Positions 39,601 through 53,515 of a stretch of DNA of 64,000 nucleotides are shown here, in pieces. A program made the position numbers and the translations under genes. The DNA is from Octopus vulgaris. Taxonomy: Eukaryota. Where the stretch lies: contig OX597814.1 in NCBI GenBank assembly GCA_951406725.2, positions 56,606,001 to 56,670,000 of the forward strand, read 5' to 3'. How positions within the stretch are numbered: position 1 is the first letter of the stretch; every line of letters starts with the position of its first letter. Under the pieces are notes generated by a model. That model saw only the letters and a list, made by a program, of their open reading frames with translations, searched no databases and was not told the DNA's origin.

Positions 39601-40974
39601 ACACACACACACTGCTGTCCTTGTTATTTATTTCATAGTCTTAATTTTTTAGAGAGAATTTGATGTGCATAAAAGTAGAAGAATTATAGTAGTAAATTTT
39701 AAAATTACATGTCTATTTGGCGTCTCTTCTAACTCCTCCAGCCCCACCTTTGCTCAAATACTTCTTGGATAGACAAACCATCTACTGCAAACATGTGTTT
39801 CACCACAAATCATTGGGTAACCCTGCATTAATTTGTTGATGTATGGCTGTGTAGTGGGGGTGAGAGAGGTATCTAATGGGGTTTGCTTTTCTTTGGACTC
39901 TGCCTTTTCAATGTTCATCTTTCTGAAGGGGCTGCTGTTTGCAGGGATAGGTATCTGAATTGTGAAGTGTTGTCAAACATTGATAGAATCTCTGTCAGTT
40001 GAGTAAATTATTTTGTAGTTTAGTTAGAGGAGAAATACCATGCCTGTGTGTGTGTGTGTTTTTTTTTTAAGGGTTTTATAGATTGGTAGAAGAAAGAGAA
40101 GAAATTTGAACTTGTGTTATTTTCAGACTGGAATCTTGTTTGAATGCTTTCAGTTGTGGGAACATTGCTAAAGGATCCCAAGGACCAGGTGTTAGTGTTA
40201 AACTGAGTGACTGATTTAGTCTAATATCCAAGGATTGGTACATTCCATCTGATGAATCTTCAAACGATTCCCATTTTCTTAGTGTCACTAAAAAATACTT
40301 GGATCAACCAGAGGCTATGATAGATGATACTTGCTTGAGGTGGAGTGCTGTGGCATCTAAGCTGGGGCCATGTGATAGAGAAGGGAACGTCTTAACTACA
40401 TGGTTGTACATTCATATTTAATAGAAGCCACTCTTCATATTGGTGAGAAAGAACTGTACTGTATTTTCCAGAAGGCTGTCATTAGCAATTGTTACAAATT
40501 ATACAAATATAATGGATTTCCACAGAAGGACTCTGAAGCACTTTAAAACATCAATGCATTTCTCTCTCCATTATCATGCTGATATCTTTCACATTTGAGC
40601 CAGCAAGGGCAGTGACTTTATAGGGTTATTCATGCTGCTGGAAACAGCTGCAAAATTTCCATCAAATCATTTCCTGTCTGAAAATTAGGAGTGCACATTG
40701 GATAATATATCTTTGATGCAGACTACCAGTGAAAAAGACTGGGCAGTTATGGCTTGAACACTTTGATCTTAGGTTTGCTGGATCAGATTTACCCTGAAAC
40801 TAAGCAACAGCATCCTCTTATACATAGATATGATGTCTGTTTTCCAATGTAGTTATATTTTTGATTATTTTTTTATGGTAAATAAATGATTATTAATATT
40901 TTTGAGTTCATAAACTGTGTTAACTTCGATCGTTTTTGACAAAGGAAATAGCAATAATAGAAGCTATAGATTCA

Positions 40975-42632
40975 GTTGGCTCTGTATTCGTAGTGTTGGG
41001 AAAAATGCCTTGTGGTATGTGTTCTAGCTCTTTATGTTCTGAGTTCAAATTTTGCCGAGGCTAATTTTTGAACTTCTTCTTTCAGAGTCAATAAAATAAA
41101 GTACCACTCATCTACTGCTGTCAGTAATACTGACCAAACCCTACCTCAAATTTCCAGGCCTTATTCCTGTATTTCAAATAGTACTGGTTTCAGATTTTGT
41201 CACAAGGCCAGCAAGTTCAAGGGAATGGGTAAATCAATGATATCGACTCCATCACTCAACTGATATTTATTTTATCTACCTTGAAAGGACGAAAGGCAAA
41301 GCCAGCGAGGGTGGAATTTGAATTGAAAATGTAAAGATGAATGAAATACTGCGAAGCATTTCGCTTGGTGTGCTAACGATTTTGCCAGAAATAATAATAT
41401 GGTAGAAATAGTAGAATGACAAACATAATCTCTTGCAGTATTTACTTAGCTCCCTTTATATTCTGAATTCAAATCTTGCTGATGTCAGCTTTGCCTTTTG
41501 TCTTTCTTAGTCAATAAAGTACCTGTGAACTGTCGGGGTTAATTTAACTCACTGTAAAAAAAAAAACTGGTGGACTGGCAGAATCATTAGGGTGTTAGAC
41601 AAAATGCTTTGCAGTGTTTGCTCCAGCTAAGTTCAAATCTCGCTAGGGTTAAGTTTGTCTTTCATCCTTTCATTCAAGTACTGGCATCAATGATATTAAC
41701 TTACCCCTTTCTTTCAAAATTATTGAGTCTAAATTACAAACAGCAACAATTATCATTGTCATTATCATCATTACCTAAGGCGATGATTTGGCAGAGTTGT
41801 TAGCATGCAGGGTAAAATGCTTAGCAGTATTTTGTCAATTTTAATGTTCTGAGTTCAAATTCTGCCCAAGGTGACATTGCCTTTCATCCTTTCAGGATCG
41901 ATAAATTAAGAACCAGTTAACCTCTGGGATCAATGTAATCGACTAATCTTCCACCCCCACTTTTAAGCATTGTGCCTATAGTAGAAAGGGTTACTATTAA
42001 CAGTAGCAGCAGCAGCATCCTGGACAAAATGCTTAGTGGTGTTTTGTTTGTCTTTATGTTCTGAGTTCAAACTTTGTTAAAGTTGACTTTACTTTCCATC
42101 CTTCCAGGATCAGTAAATTAAATGCCAATTGAGCACTGGGGTGGATGTAATCGACAATCTTCTCCTCTAGGAATTCAGGACTTGTGTTTATTAGAATAAT
42201 TATCATTGATTGGCAGAATCATTTTCCTGCTGGTGGGGGTGGGGAATGCTTTGCAGTATTTGTTCAAGCTTTTTATATTCCGAGTTCAAATCTTGCCGTG
42301 TTCAGTTTTGCCTGTCATCCTTCTGAAGTTCAATAAAGTACCAGTCATCTTCTAGGGTCAGTGTAATTGGCTAGACCTCCCTCAAAATTGCTGGTTTAGC
42401 ATTGTACCTAAACTAAAATCAGTTTATAGCTGTGAATTGACAGAAGAATCATTATAGCATTAGGTAGAATATCAGTACTTTGTTCTGATTTGAAATCTTG
42501 CTGTAATCGACTTTGCCATTCATTCTTTCGGGTCCATAAAATACAGCAACCATTCAAATATTGGGAATCAATGATTTTACTTAAACTCCTGTTCTTACAA
42601 ACTCCCAGCTTTGTGCCTAAATTAGAAACAGT
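40975..42632. mobile_element. Array of about eight SINEs (28115-type), one inverted
   Basis: Recurrent tggcagaatc.ttag...aaaatgc...ttctgagttcaaat...ctttgcctttcatcc...aaagtaccag. The copy at ~41185-41390 is on the minus strand. Confidence 0.85.
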
Positions 42633-44644
42633 TGTTTTGTTGTTACTACTACTACTGATGTGTTGGCAAGTAGTCTTGATGTCAGTAAAGCAAAACAGTT
42701 ACATAGCCTATGCCAAACTGCTGATGTTTGATAGACATTTCATATTTTGAGACTTTATCTCAAAGTTGATGTCTATTTAAATATCAGTTACTGTTCCAAG
42801 TTTGCAATATCTCTACCTTTACCTCTTCATTAAGTTCAAACACCATACACACTTTACACACTTCAGCGTTTTGATGTTCTATGCATAAAATATATTTGTA
42901 CTAATTTAACACACACACTTTGTTCAGAATATTCCAGCTATCCCCATCACCTGTAACATTCACCTTACACCAGTAAATTAAATTTTTCAGCTAATACTTT
43001 GAGAGCAAGCTTAGTCTAGCATTAATCTTGTAAATGATTCCAGTAGTTAGTAGGATAATCTTGAGAAAAAAAAGCCAAAAAACAACAACCTTAACTGTAG
43101 TGTATGTCTGAGAAATCTTGTCGTGCTTATAACAACTTACTGCAATATTTCAGTTGGATAAAACTGTGTATTCTCTACTACACAATGTACACAGTTGGAT
43201 CGGGTACCCTGAGTTGATAGTATTACTGTAACTCTGTGTGTGTACTATATATATATATATATGGTTCAAATATACAGAAAACAAGACAGGTGAGGGAACA
43301 ACATATAAGGTGTATTAGTTTGGGAAAATGGAAAAGTTTTCGATGTTTGGAGCCTACACTCTTCAATAGAAAGGAATGAAGAAAGAAAATGGTGAGTGGG
43401 GTGGGAAACATGTCTGAATTAACAGTTTTGTGTGTCAAAATGATCAGATGGAGGTTGTTGAATGGAAGTTGGGATAACAGTGACTTGTTTAAGATAAAGA
43501 TGTGTGTGTGCCCATCTAATCTATACTAGCTTGGAAAAATGGCATAAAAACTAATGATTAGATAATATAATGTGATAAAGGCTTTTAATATATAAATCTA
43601 AAGTAATCATTTCATCAATAACTGTGTAGAGGTTTGAAAGTTTTATTCTTCAAAAAGCAAATTTTGCCACCTGAATTTATAAAACAACCAGTCACCTTAA
43701 AAATTGCATACGTTTTTCCTTGTTTTGCTTTAGCTTTAGCAGAAGTGAAAGGGTGACACTTGGGATTTTTTTTTTTTTTGCTTGGTCTCCAAGACTGGTG
43801 GAGCAAGAGAGGAAGAAAGAGCAACTCAAAAGTTGTTATAGTACAAAGCATTGCTATTGTGCTGAACACAACTAAAGATACCCAAAAGCCAGAGGGTGAT
43901 GTTAAACTGGGTATAGTCTATTCACTGGCCTTTGCAGTTTCCCCTGTATCATGTTTCTTTCACAAGGCTTGTGTTGATCTGATTCTATGGTAGAAGACAC
44001 TTGTAGTCATGTTATTGTGATGTGGACTTCTTGATCATTTTATCACACCTATGTACATCCATACATGCAGGTCTCTATGTATGCTAAACTTCAATCACAT
44101 TAAATAACTTAAGTGTTTTTATGACATTTCTCTTTCTTACACGCAGCGTTTTTTCTATGGTATATTAATCTACAATTATCTATCAACTTGGCTAAACCTA
44201 TTTTCCTATTTGTGTGTGTGTCAGTGTTGTTGCGCAGTCTTACTTTACTGTATGAAAGTCCTTATTCATAAATACTTATGTTGGTAGTGGCAGATAAGGC
44301 ATAATTTTGTTCTTAACCATTGGCACAGATAACACCAATCATCCACCCTGTCCATTTATTTGCTAGGCTTGGCTGCAGGGGAAGTGTATATATGGGTTTG
44401 AAGTGAGATAATAAATGAGAGTGAGGAAACAAAGTTGAATCTTTTAAGAAGTAGTCAAGACCCACCTCCTGATGTTTAAAGGGCAGAGGAAATGGGAAGT
44501 TATATTTTTTTTATAAAGAATAAAAAAAAAAAAATCATAAAGGAAATCATTATGTTGCTAGACAATTAAATCTCTTGCTTAGAGACTCAATGAAATGCCT
44601 GCAGTAATACTGCCGGCAACACACATGGTCACCTACATCCTTAC

Positions 44645-45330
44645 ATGTCATCAATATATGTCCATTTTACTATGCTTGCATGGGTTGGACAGATCTTTTT
44701 CAGCATAGTTTTTTGCCATTTGATAGTCTTTTGTGTTACCTTTGTGAGGTTCAACTTCCTGAGATCAGTTTTTCACCTTGCCTTCCCATGTTTCACCTTG
44801 CCTTCCCATGTTTTCACCTTGCCTTCCCATGCTTTCACCTTGCCTCCCCATGTTTTCACCTTGCCTTCCCATGTTTTCACCTTATCTTTTCATGTTTTTA
44901 CTTTGTCTTTCCATATTTTCCTTTTATCTTACTTTGTAAGTGTCTTCCATGTGGATTACTTGCTACTTCATACATACCACATGTCCATGTTGTGTTCTTT
45001 CTTGCACACTATATTTAATTTCTCTTGTATCCAATTTTCCTGTCCCTTTTTGTGTGGTCATTTTCTGCCATCCTGTGTTTGATTCCATTGCACCTTGCGC
45101 ACTCATCACTTACCTCGATGCACTAAATGGAATATTATTTGCTTGCATTGATGCCTCACCTATTACAGTACCTTATATTACCATCATTGGAGACCAACAT
45201 ATGAAGTTGATACCTTCAACCATCTACTTTCTTGTTGCTTCCCCTTTATATTTTCCAAAGACAGTTGCCAGGTCATCATTAGATTTCACTGTTGAACTAT
45301 CATATATTTTCTTCTTTTAGTGTTTGGATT
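44645..45330 (-). mobile_element. Decayed RTE LINE 3' fragment
   Basis: Tail tccattttactatgcttgcatgggttggac. Minus-strand KTWEGKVKTDLRKLNLTKVT corresponds to KTWDEVVR...LGLTEAVT of 20480-21267. Confidence 0.6.
44770..44915. repeat. 21-bp minisatellite, about 7 copies
   Basis: Unit ttttcaccttgccttcccatg; the last two copies are diverged. Confidence 0.95.
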
Positions 45331-45559
45331 ACAACCATACTGTAACACATTTTAAGAGTTTTAGTTGATAATATTGACTCTAGTATTTAGTTTTGTATTT
45401 TATCTGAAGTGAAAAGTTAATCCTGACTTCAAAAAGGTTAGTAACCTAGCAAGCTACAGGATGTTTGGAGCTAAATTTGCTGATTTTTTTTTTTTAGATG
45501 GGTGGGTCGGTGGAGAGTTATAGAAACAGTTTGTATTATTGAACAGTGAATGACATTGG

Positions 45560-46205
45560 AGAGCCTAAAGTTGTAAGCTGAGGACTGGAAGCTGTTTGAA
45601 TATTGGAAAAGAATTACCTGTATTGTGGTGATTCACAGCAGTTATCAAAGTACCAATATCAAGACTGTTGCTCAATGCTCTGTGAAAACTGTAAAAGTTG
45701 TAAGATATGATTTGGACAGCTGCAATGGAGACTAAGAAACTCTGGTCAGCATGAAGGTGATGATCTTTGAACATGTCCCCAGTGAGGGTGATGTCATGCA
45801 CAGGGCCTTAAGCTCAAATCAGACATCTATGTGATGCTGCTGGAAACCATGATCAAGCCCTAGCTGTTGAGGGTTGCTGCTGAAAGGCATGAAAGGCAGG
45901 ATTTGATTCCTTGCCATATCTCAGAAAAGAGTCAAACATGGTTGTTGGAGGATTGCTACAACTTCACCAACCCCAATTTCTGGCCTTGTAATTTCCCTGA
46001 TTGTAATCCCATGGATTACTTATGTGTGTGGTGAAATTGAGAAAGACACCAACTGCTCTTCTTGTGACATCAAGGCCGAGCTGGTTGCCAAAGTCAAGGA
46101 GATGTCTGAAGATCTTACCAGTATCACTGTGAGAACAAAATGCTCCTGGTTCCAGAACTGCCTTGAAGTTGTCTTGAAGGCTGAAGCTGGTTACTTTGAG
46201 TAAAC
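45560..46205 (+). mobile_element. DD37D (maT) transposase pseudogene
   Basis: QDLIPCHISEKSQTWLLEDCYNFTNPNFWPCNFPDCNPMDY has exactly 37 residues between the two Asp. Upstream VMIF.HV.SEGDVM; stops and deletions present. Confidence 0.9.
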
Positions 46206-46467
46206 TCTTATCTAGTTGATATTTTTTGATTTTTAAAATACCTTTATTTTTGGATGGGATATCATGTTTTCTTTTCCATTTATGTACTTTTGCTTGATAT
46301 GTTGTTATGCATGCATATATAGCATAAGTACATGCCTACAAAATTACATGAGTATGTATTTATTTATGCATGCAGGCACACACACATGCACACTTTTGCA
46401 CAAGTTCATTCCAGCAACAAATTTCACTCATTATATAGGTATATACATACAGTCTAATGGTCTAAAC

Positions 46468-46607
46468 CATCATCATCGTTTAATGTCCATTTTCCGTACT
46501 GGCATGGGTTGGACAGTTTGACTGGAGACTGGCAAGCCAGGAGGCTGCACCAGGCTCCAATCTGATCTGGCAATGTTTCTACTGCTGAATGTCCTTCCTA
46601 ATGCCAA
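46468..46607 (-). mobile_element. RTE 3' tail fragment
   Basis: Reverse complement of the 8133-8320 end. Confidence 0.75.
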
Positions 46608-47479
46608 GAATAAATAAATATATTTTATGAGAGGGGCATAACAACAAAAGTATTTATTTTATGGATCCTAGAAGAAAAAAAGTGGATTCTGGCATGATTT
46701 GAACTTATAATCTTGTTTGTATAATTAGTTGTTTACATGAACTAAGAATAAGATCATAAATATTTTACTGTTCTAGTGCCCTAGATATTTGGAGTGAGTT
46801 TCATGGGTGTTGTATTATTGTTGTAAGAAATAACTTGAGAGGAGTGTAAGTCAATTACATCCTCTTCCTACTCTACTATTATATATATATTTACACACGC
46901 ACACACATACACAAACAAATGTGTGTAGTGTGTGTATGTAGGTGTCTATCTGTTTGTATCTATGTTTGTGAAAGTATGTGTATATATAAGGTTGAATGAA
47001 GCTGCTAGCAGCAGGAAAGTTTGAACCTGCTTAACAACACACTTAATAACGTCATCTATACCAATTTGTGCTTCAGTGCTGTGTTTCTTTTAACTGCAAC
47101 TACCTATTGGCTTAATTGTGTATGTGTATTACTTTCAGTGCCACCATGGTGTCTATAGATGTATTTGTTTAGAAGTGTAAAGCATTTTGGGAAGTACAAT
47201 GCACATGCATGCACGCTTTCTCTCTCTCACTCACTCACTCACTCACACAATACTTAGCAAAAAAAAAAAAAAAGAAAGAAAGAAACCCTGGCACACTCCA
47301 GTTTTTTAGAGTCAAATAATAATCTTGATACAATGCTAATAGTAGTGGCTGGTTGCCTTTGTTTATGGTAACCATCTTACTGAAGATTTTCTATCAATCT
47401 ACTGTGATAAGCTACAATGCATTGGTCCTGTATGTATGTCTCCTCTGCTTCCTCCTCTCCTTCTCTTCTGCTCTCTCCA

Positions 47480-48500
47480 TGTCCATCCATTTGTTTTTTA
47501 TTGCTTGCATGGGTTGGGTGGGTCTTCTCTGGAACAATGTCTCATCACCTGTTGTGGTTTTTTTCATCATCTTTGTGAGAGAGGTTTCAGCCTCTGGAGA
47601 TTAGCTTTCATTGCCTCCTTTCATGTCCTCCTTGGTTCCCTTCTAGTAGCATTACTTTAAATTTCTCTCCTAGATTGTTATCCTTCCTATGCATTGTATA
47701 TCTGTGCCAGCCCAATCCTCTCTCTACCATATTACATTTGATTCCTCTTGTACCTTATTTTTCTCTCAGCTTGTTTGTGCTCTATCATTCATGCACATTT
47801 ACACATGTAGCATGCTCTCTGCCCACTTTTTTTTAACCTTCTCATATCCTCTGCATTCAGTGCTCAGGTTTTATTACAATGTAGCATTACACTTCATTCT
47901 CAAGAATCATGCAATCTATCCTTTAGTAGGAGAGAGCATTTTTTCCTGTTATGTACAGTTCCCCAAAGTTTTTTCATCCCATTCTTAGGCTCTTGTACTT
48001 TCAGAATGTCATTCTTTTCTTTTAATTTGGTCACTTAGGTAATAAAAACTATCAACTACTTCCAGGGTACTCTCTGAGCATTTGAAAGAATTTGTAGGTA
48101 CTCTTACTGCAAATTACTACTGAGTATTTACTACAAGTCAAGTCTTTCTTCTTCATCCTACTTGTAACCACATTGTATTTCTTGTGTGCTCACATTTTAT
48201 AATGTGTGTTTCTTATGAAATTCCTTATTACTCCTTTTCTGTATATCAAGCATGGAGTCTTTAGTAGAGACTTGTCTTGTGTCTTAAACTTTTTGCCTTT
48301 GCTGGGTTTACTTTTAGAGGTTTCAATTCTGGATTTGGCTTCACATTTGGAATTGCTTCTCTTGTTCTTCAACAGATTTGGATATGAGAACTTGGTCATT
48401 TGTAGGTAGAAGTTCCTATGAACAGATGGTCTTTTGATAAAAACCCACTTGAAACTACCTCTGGCTTTGTAGTACAAATGTCTTTTTTTCAAAAGTTCTG
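47480..48500 (-). mobile_element. Highly decayed RTE-like LINE fragment
   Basis: Tail motif tgcttgcatgggttgg followed by pyrimidine-rich antisense ORF debris. Limits uncertain. Confidence 0.4.
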
Positions 48501-51500
48501 TATTAAAATCTTCTGTCACAATTTATGTTCCTAATTCAAGCTTAATGATAACTAAGTTATTTTACTTAATTCTTTGTTATATTTAAAATTAATTGAAAGA
48601 AACACAGAGCATCTCAACAGAAATATGATAACAAAGGGGTTAAACTTTTCATGTACAGTCTATGAAAGCATAATGAACAGAAAGCAGCTAAGAACTGAGC
48701 TCTGATGAACATTTATCTGCATACCTGATTCCTTATTCAACTCATTACTAATGCTCACTTTGTTGATAGCACATCTGTACATGATGTGCACAACTCACAA
48801 AAGATATCCATGTACACCTTGTTTTCCTAGCATCACAAGACTCAAGAGCATGCTCTTCAAAGGCCTTCTAGTCAGTAAATACTTGGCATAGTGGTTTGTT
48901 ACTAAGTGGGCGTAGGTTGTATCCCATTCTGAGTTGCATTTTCTCTAACCTAATTTTCTTCCTAATTAATTGTGCTATAACTAATTGTCACTTTCAATAA
49001 CATGTTCCATCAGTTTGATGCCTCTGTAGTTGCTTCTTTCGAGAGCATTGCCTTTGTCCTTGTAATTGTTGATGATGATGATGATACTGCCAATCAGTCA
49101 TTGGATCAGATCACTTTGTATACTGCCTGCTATGCAAGTAACTAGTGCATGTCCTACTTCACTGGAAATTTCCAGTATCTCAGTATCCTTGATGGATGGG
49201 TTGCTGTTACCTTCTTAATGACCTTTTCAGTTGTGTAGCTGTCAACTCAGTTGTTGGTCTCTTTTGAGTTTCTTATCCTCATTCAACAACTTCTTGTAAT
49301 AGTATTTCCATACTTCTCATCATTCAGTTAGTGTAAATATTCCACTATCATTACATACACTGTTTTTCACCAATGACATCTTTATTCATACTGATCCATT
49401 ACTTTACAATCTGAAACTTTTCACCTTTGATTCTCATGTTGCCATACTTTTGGCAAAACTCTTTCTGTGCCTCTCCTTGCTATGTATACTTGACGTAGAT
49501 ATCAAATATAGTCAATTTCTCTTCATGTATATGTAATTCCTCTTCTATCTACCATGAATGGTTCCTTTCTCTTCCTTTTGTTTTGTTCTGAGCTTTCTAA
49601 TTCTAGCCACCGTACCAGTCCAACATATCACTGCCCATTTAGCTAGGATTTTACTTTAATCCATGAATCTAGTGTGTGGTTTGCACCAGGTTGTCTCTTA
49701 AAAACTTGGTTGTCCCATGGAAACTTGCAGTCATTTTGTATATTATAGGCCTCTTACTCTAATCCATGTGTTATTAGCCCATTATATTTCATCTTTATTT
49801 CTAATCTAACCCATTCTGATGCAGACCATCACTAGCACCCTAATCCTAGTGACCTATTGAAATTGAAGTAGTTGTGTTATCTTCATTTCTTGACTTTGTC
49901 ACATAATTTTGTGTTTGTCTGTGTGTGGTTATTTGGCCACCTAGAAATAACAACCAAATCTTCCTTAAACCATACCTTAGTGTCTTAGAAAAGAACCAAC
50001 ACATTGAATAATATTCTGAGTGCACTGTACTTGAGAAAAAAACTGAGATTGTCATGGCTGGCATGCCTTTGTTCATAAGTCTGTTAAATTTGGGGTTGAC
50101 CCGGGGCAAAACAAAACAAAATAAATTCATCAGTTTGAAATTTTTGTTTTAAAAGCACTCCTTACACTTAAAGAATTGAAAGACCCTAAAAAATAGAGAG
50201 TAGTCTTAAACAGATTGGCAAATTCATATTTGAATATTGTTTCTTTATTATGGATAATTTAACTTTTTTTTTTATAATTAGAAATTTCCCTTGTGAGAAG
50301 AACCAGTTCTTTATATTTAAATAAACTGAAGGACTAATTTTGTTCAGGTATAGATGATCAATTGCCACCAGTATTTTCTTAACCTATTAAAAAAATTTTT
50401 TTTTTTTTGGAAATTCAGGATGTTGTTAAGTTCACGCAAGCTATAATTCCTCTGGAGAAAAATACACATGTGAATTGTGTATTGATATTTTATGCGCTGT
50501 GTGATTGAGACAAAGCAAAGCCAAGGACAGTGTGTTGACTTAAAGAAGTAGGTTATTAGAAAATTAAGCTGGTATTTGGTAATGTCACTTTATGTTTTCA
50601 GGGAATCATTAGTTTGTTTTTTATTACTGCTATCAAGCAGTTCATAGCCATTTCTAAGGTTATTTTATTTATGTATTTTTTTTTTCATTATCTATCTCTT
50701 GTCTTTGCTTCTCACCTCTTCCTGTCTTTCCCTCTTTCTCTTATATAAGATACACTCCACCCCTCTCTCTTTACAGTGATAATCCTGTCTCAGTAGTTTT
50801 TTGAAACAAAATGTATTTCCTTTTCTTATTTAGTATTTCTTTTACTACTGAATTAACCTGATTTTGTTAAATTCATAAATTTTCTCTTTTAATGTGTTGA
50901 TGTTTTAATAACTGAAGAATTACAGTGTTAGACTTTGAACACTTACACATGTATATGGCTGAGTGGTTAAGATGTTCACATGGGAACTACATGGCATAAA
51001 GTTTCTTCCCCACTTTGTGGCATTGTTGACTGATGTCATCTGTGGCTATGAGCTGGCCAATGCCTTGTGACTGAATTAGTAGATGGAAACTATAAAGAAG
51101 CACATGTGCACATGCGTTCCTTCTTGCCTTGACATCTGTATACTGATCAAAAACAGTCATTGTTCATACAAATGGTGTATATTTGATGGAAATATATCTG
51201 GTCAGTGAGCTGTTTGAAGCGTTAAGAGAAATATTAATCTTGTCTTGAAACTTGAGGGTTGCTGACAGGAAGAATGTCGGGCTAGAGAAAATCTGCCACA
51301 AGTTATGTCTGGCTCATGCAAGCATGGTAAAGTGGTTGTTAAAATGCTGATGACATTGATGATGATTGTGATACACACACATGCACTCAATTGACTGTAG
51401 ACTATATTTTGGTATGTGAGCATATATAAACAAATGAGAGACTAAATAAATTAGAAACAGACAAATATTTTGGTATATTACTAAATGAATAACTGGATGT

Positions 51501-51799
51501 TTTTGGAAATCCTAAGAATAATTTTCTGTATCTATGTCTACCTTGTTACTCTCACTTTGTGTGCCTGTTTCTCTCTTTCTCTGCCTGTCTGTCTCTTTCC
51601 CAAAGAAAGTATGTCTTTATAAAATTACTTAGTAATTGTTTCCCGAGATATCAGAACACTTTACTGGATTACAATCTCTCTTTCAGCCCCATGTGCTCCT
51701 TACACAAATGCACATGTAAATATGCACATGCATGTGCTTATGGTTGCCCACTGAAAATCCATAGTGGATCATCTTTCCCTTCATCCTAATCCTTGTTGT

Positions 51800-52590
51800 A
51801 CAACTTCAGTTACAGACAGGACATGTAAGTGTTTAGTTGGAAGAGCCAATTCTAATGTTATGTGCAATGCTTCTATGCCTGTTTCTTATGGTAGAATTGA
51901 GAGTGTGTCATTTTCTTTCATCATTGGGAATACCCAAATGAGTGGCAAACAGTGAAGTACTTTTGAAGGATTGAAGCGGTTTCTTTTCAAAGTGATCTTC
52001 ACTTGGCCATTGTACAGTTGACCAAGAAGCAGATAGCTATAGAAGATCCTATGGGAGAGGTGATGGCACAAACAAGATAAGTCTACTGCATTTTTGAACC
52101 ATCTCAGTTGATGTATATAATATGGGTTCTTTGGTGTTAGTTCAGCAGAAGATTTTTTTGTGCACATAATCCTATCCTGGAAGTAGTATTAAAGACATTC
52201 AGGCTCTTAATGTGTTTGCTGCATGGGATCTATGTCTTGCACTCATACAGTGTATAAGAATTAGGGTATGGTGGTTGAGATGGTTGTGTAGAAAATCTTT
52301 CTTTCTGGGCCTTTCAAAGTATGTGGAGGCCTACCTGAGGTGGTTGAGAACTTCATCAAGTATGTAGTTGGAAATGATACTGTCATAGTTTCTTAATTGA
52401 ATGAGTATGACTAGTTGTTGGTGTTGAGTTGACAAAAGTGGGCAGGTAGGTGAATTGTGCCAGTGTACCATTGACAATTTTTTTTGTTAAGTTATGATTA
52501 CCTGTAGGGCTTCCAAAGTGTAAGTTATATGAGTAGTCATCAGCATACTGTAACTCAGTGATCTGTTCAGATTTGAGCATACAACTGCCC
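51800..52590 (-). mobile_element. Decayed RTE (BovB-like) reverse transcriptase fragment
   Basis: Minus-strand ITELQYADD (RT catalytic motif) and downstream HQLRWF...RIFYSYLLLGQ...KITLK. Confidence 0.75.
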
Positions 52591-53184
52591 ACAGCAATTG
52601 TATGTTGAAAAGATTTCTGTCAAGTTTGAAGTTAATAGTGGCCAAACACATACACACAGATCACATGCACTCACACGCTCACATATGTATGTCATGTGTG
52701 TATACATACACATTCATACATACACATAGCCTCTCATCAATTTCATTGGCCTTAAATGGTCTTGGTTACTGCCTTGTCACCTGACTAAAAGATTAAAAAA
52801 ATACATGCTTATATATTTATATAATCATTTCCCTCTATCTCTACCTGTGGTAGAATGCACACCATCATTAAAATTGTTGCCTCCATTTATGTTATGGTAT
52901 ATTGGAAAGGGTGTGTGATTCTTGACTCTGGAAATCTTAAGTGCATAGAACCATCAAATAATGGTCATGTATCTGCATGTACTTTAGCACCAGGTAATCA
53001 AATTGAGTGGACTCTCAATCAGAAGTCTATTTGTTTGATCACCTTTTCAATTTTCTTTTGCCAGGTGTTCAATGTCATTTGTGTGTTTAGTTTGACAGAT
53101 TGTTTCAGATAATTTGAAGCTAGATCTTTTCTACTCCAGTTTATTTTCTTTAGTTAAAGAAAAAATGGTAATTTGTGTGTGTAT

Positions 53185-53515
53185 GTGGGCAAATGTCTTC
53201 TACTCTAGCCTGGGGCTAGCCAAAACCTTACAAGCAGATTTGGTAGATGGAAACTGAAAGAAGCCTGGTGTGTATATGTGTGTCTCATGGTAGTTGCAAA
53301 TGAAGGCCACTGTCATACAAGCTGTGTTATTCATTTCCAATATTCTGTGAAAACATATCTGGCCATGGGGAAATATTACCTTGCTTGGAAAGAGGTGAGG
53401 GTTGGCAAAAAGGAAGGGCATTCGGTCATAGAAAATCTGACTTGAATAAACTCTCTCTGACCCATGCAAGCATTGGAAAAGTTAGGAATTAATGATGGTG
53501 ATGAAGATAATGACA
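53185..53515 (+). mobile_element. SINE with RTE-type tail, 5'-truncated
   Basis: gggcaaatgtcttctac...ggaaactgaaagaagcc...aggaagggcatt...cccatgcaagcat...(GAT)n. Confidence 0.7.

Noticed and set aside
40244-40275. CTGATGA followed by a small stem as a hammerhead
   Set aside because: No GAAA box after the stem.
44645-45082. 145-aa and 112-aa repetitive ORFs, or a CRISPR-like array
   Set aside because: They arise from a spacerless 21-bp minisatellite within a LINE remnant; there are no unique spacers or cas genes.
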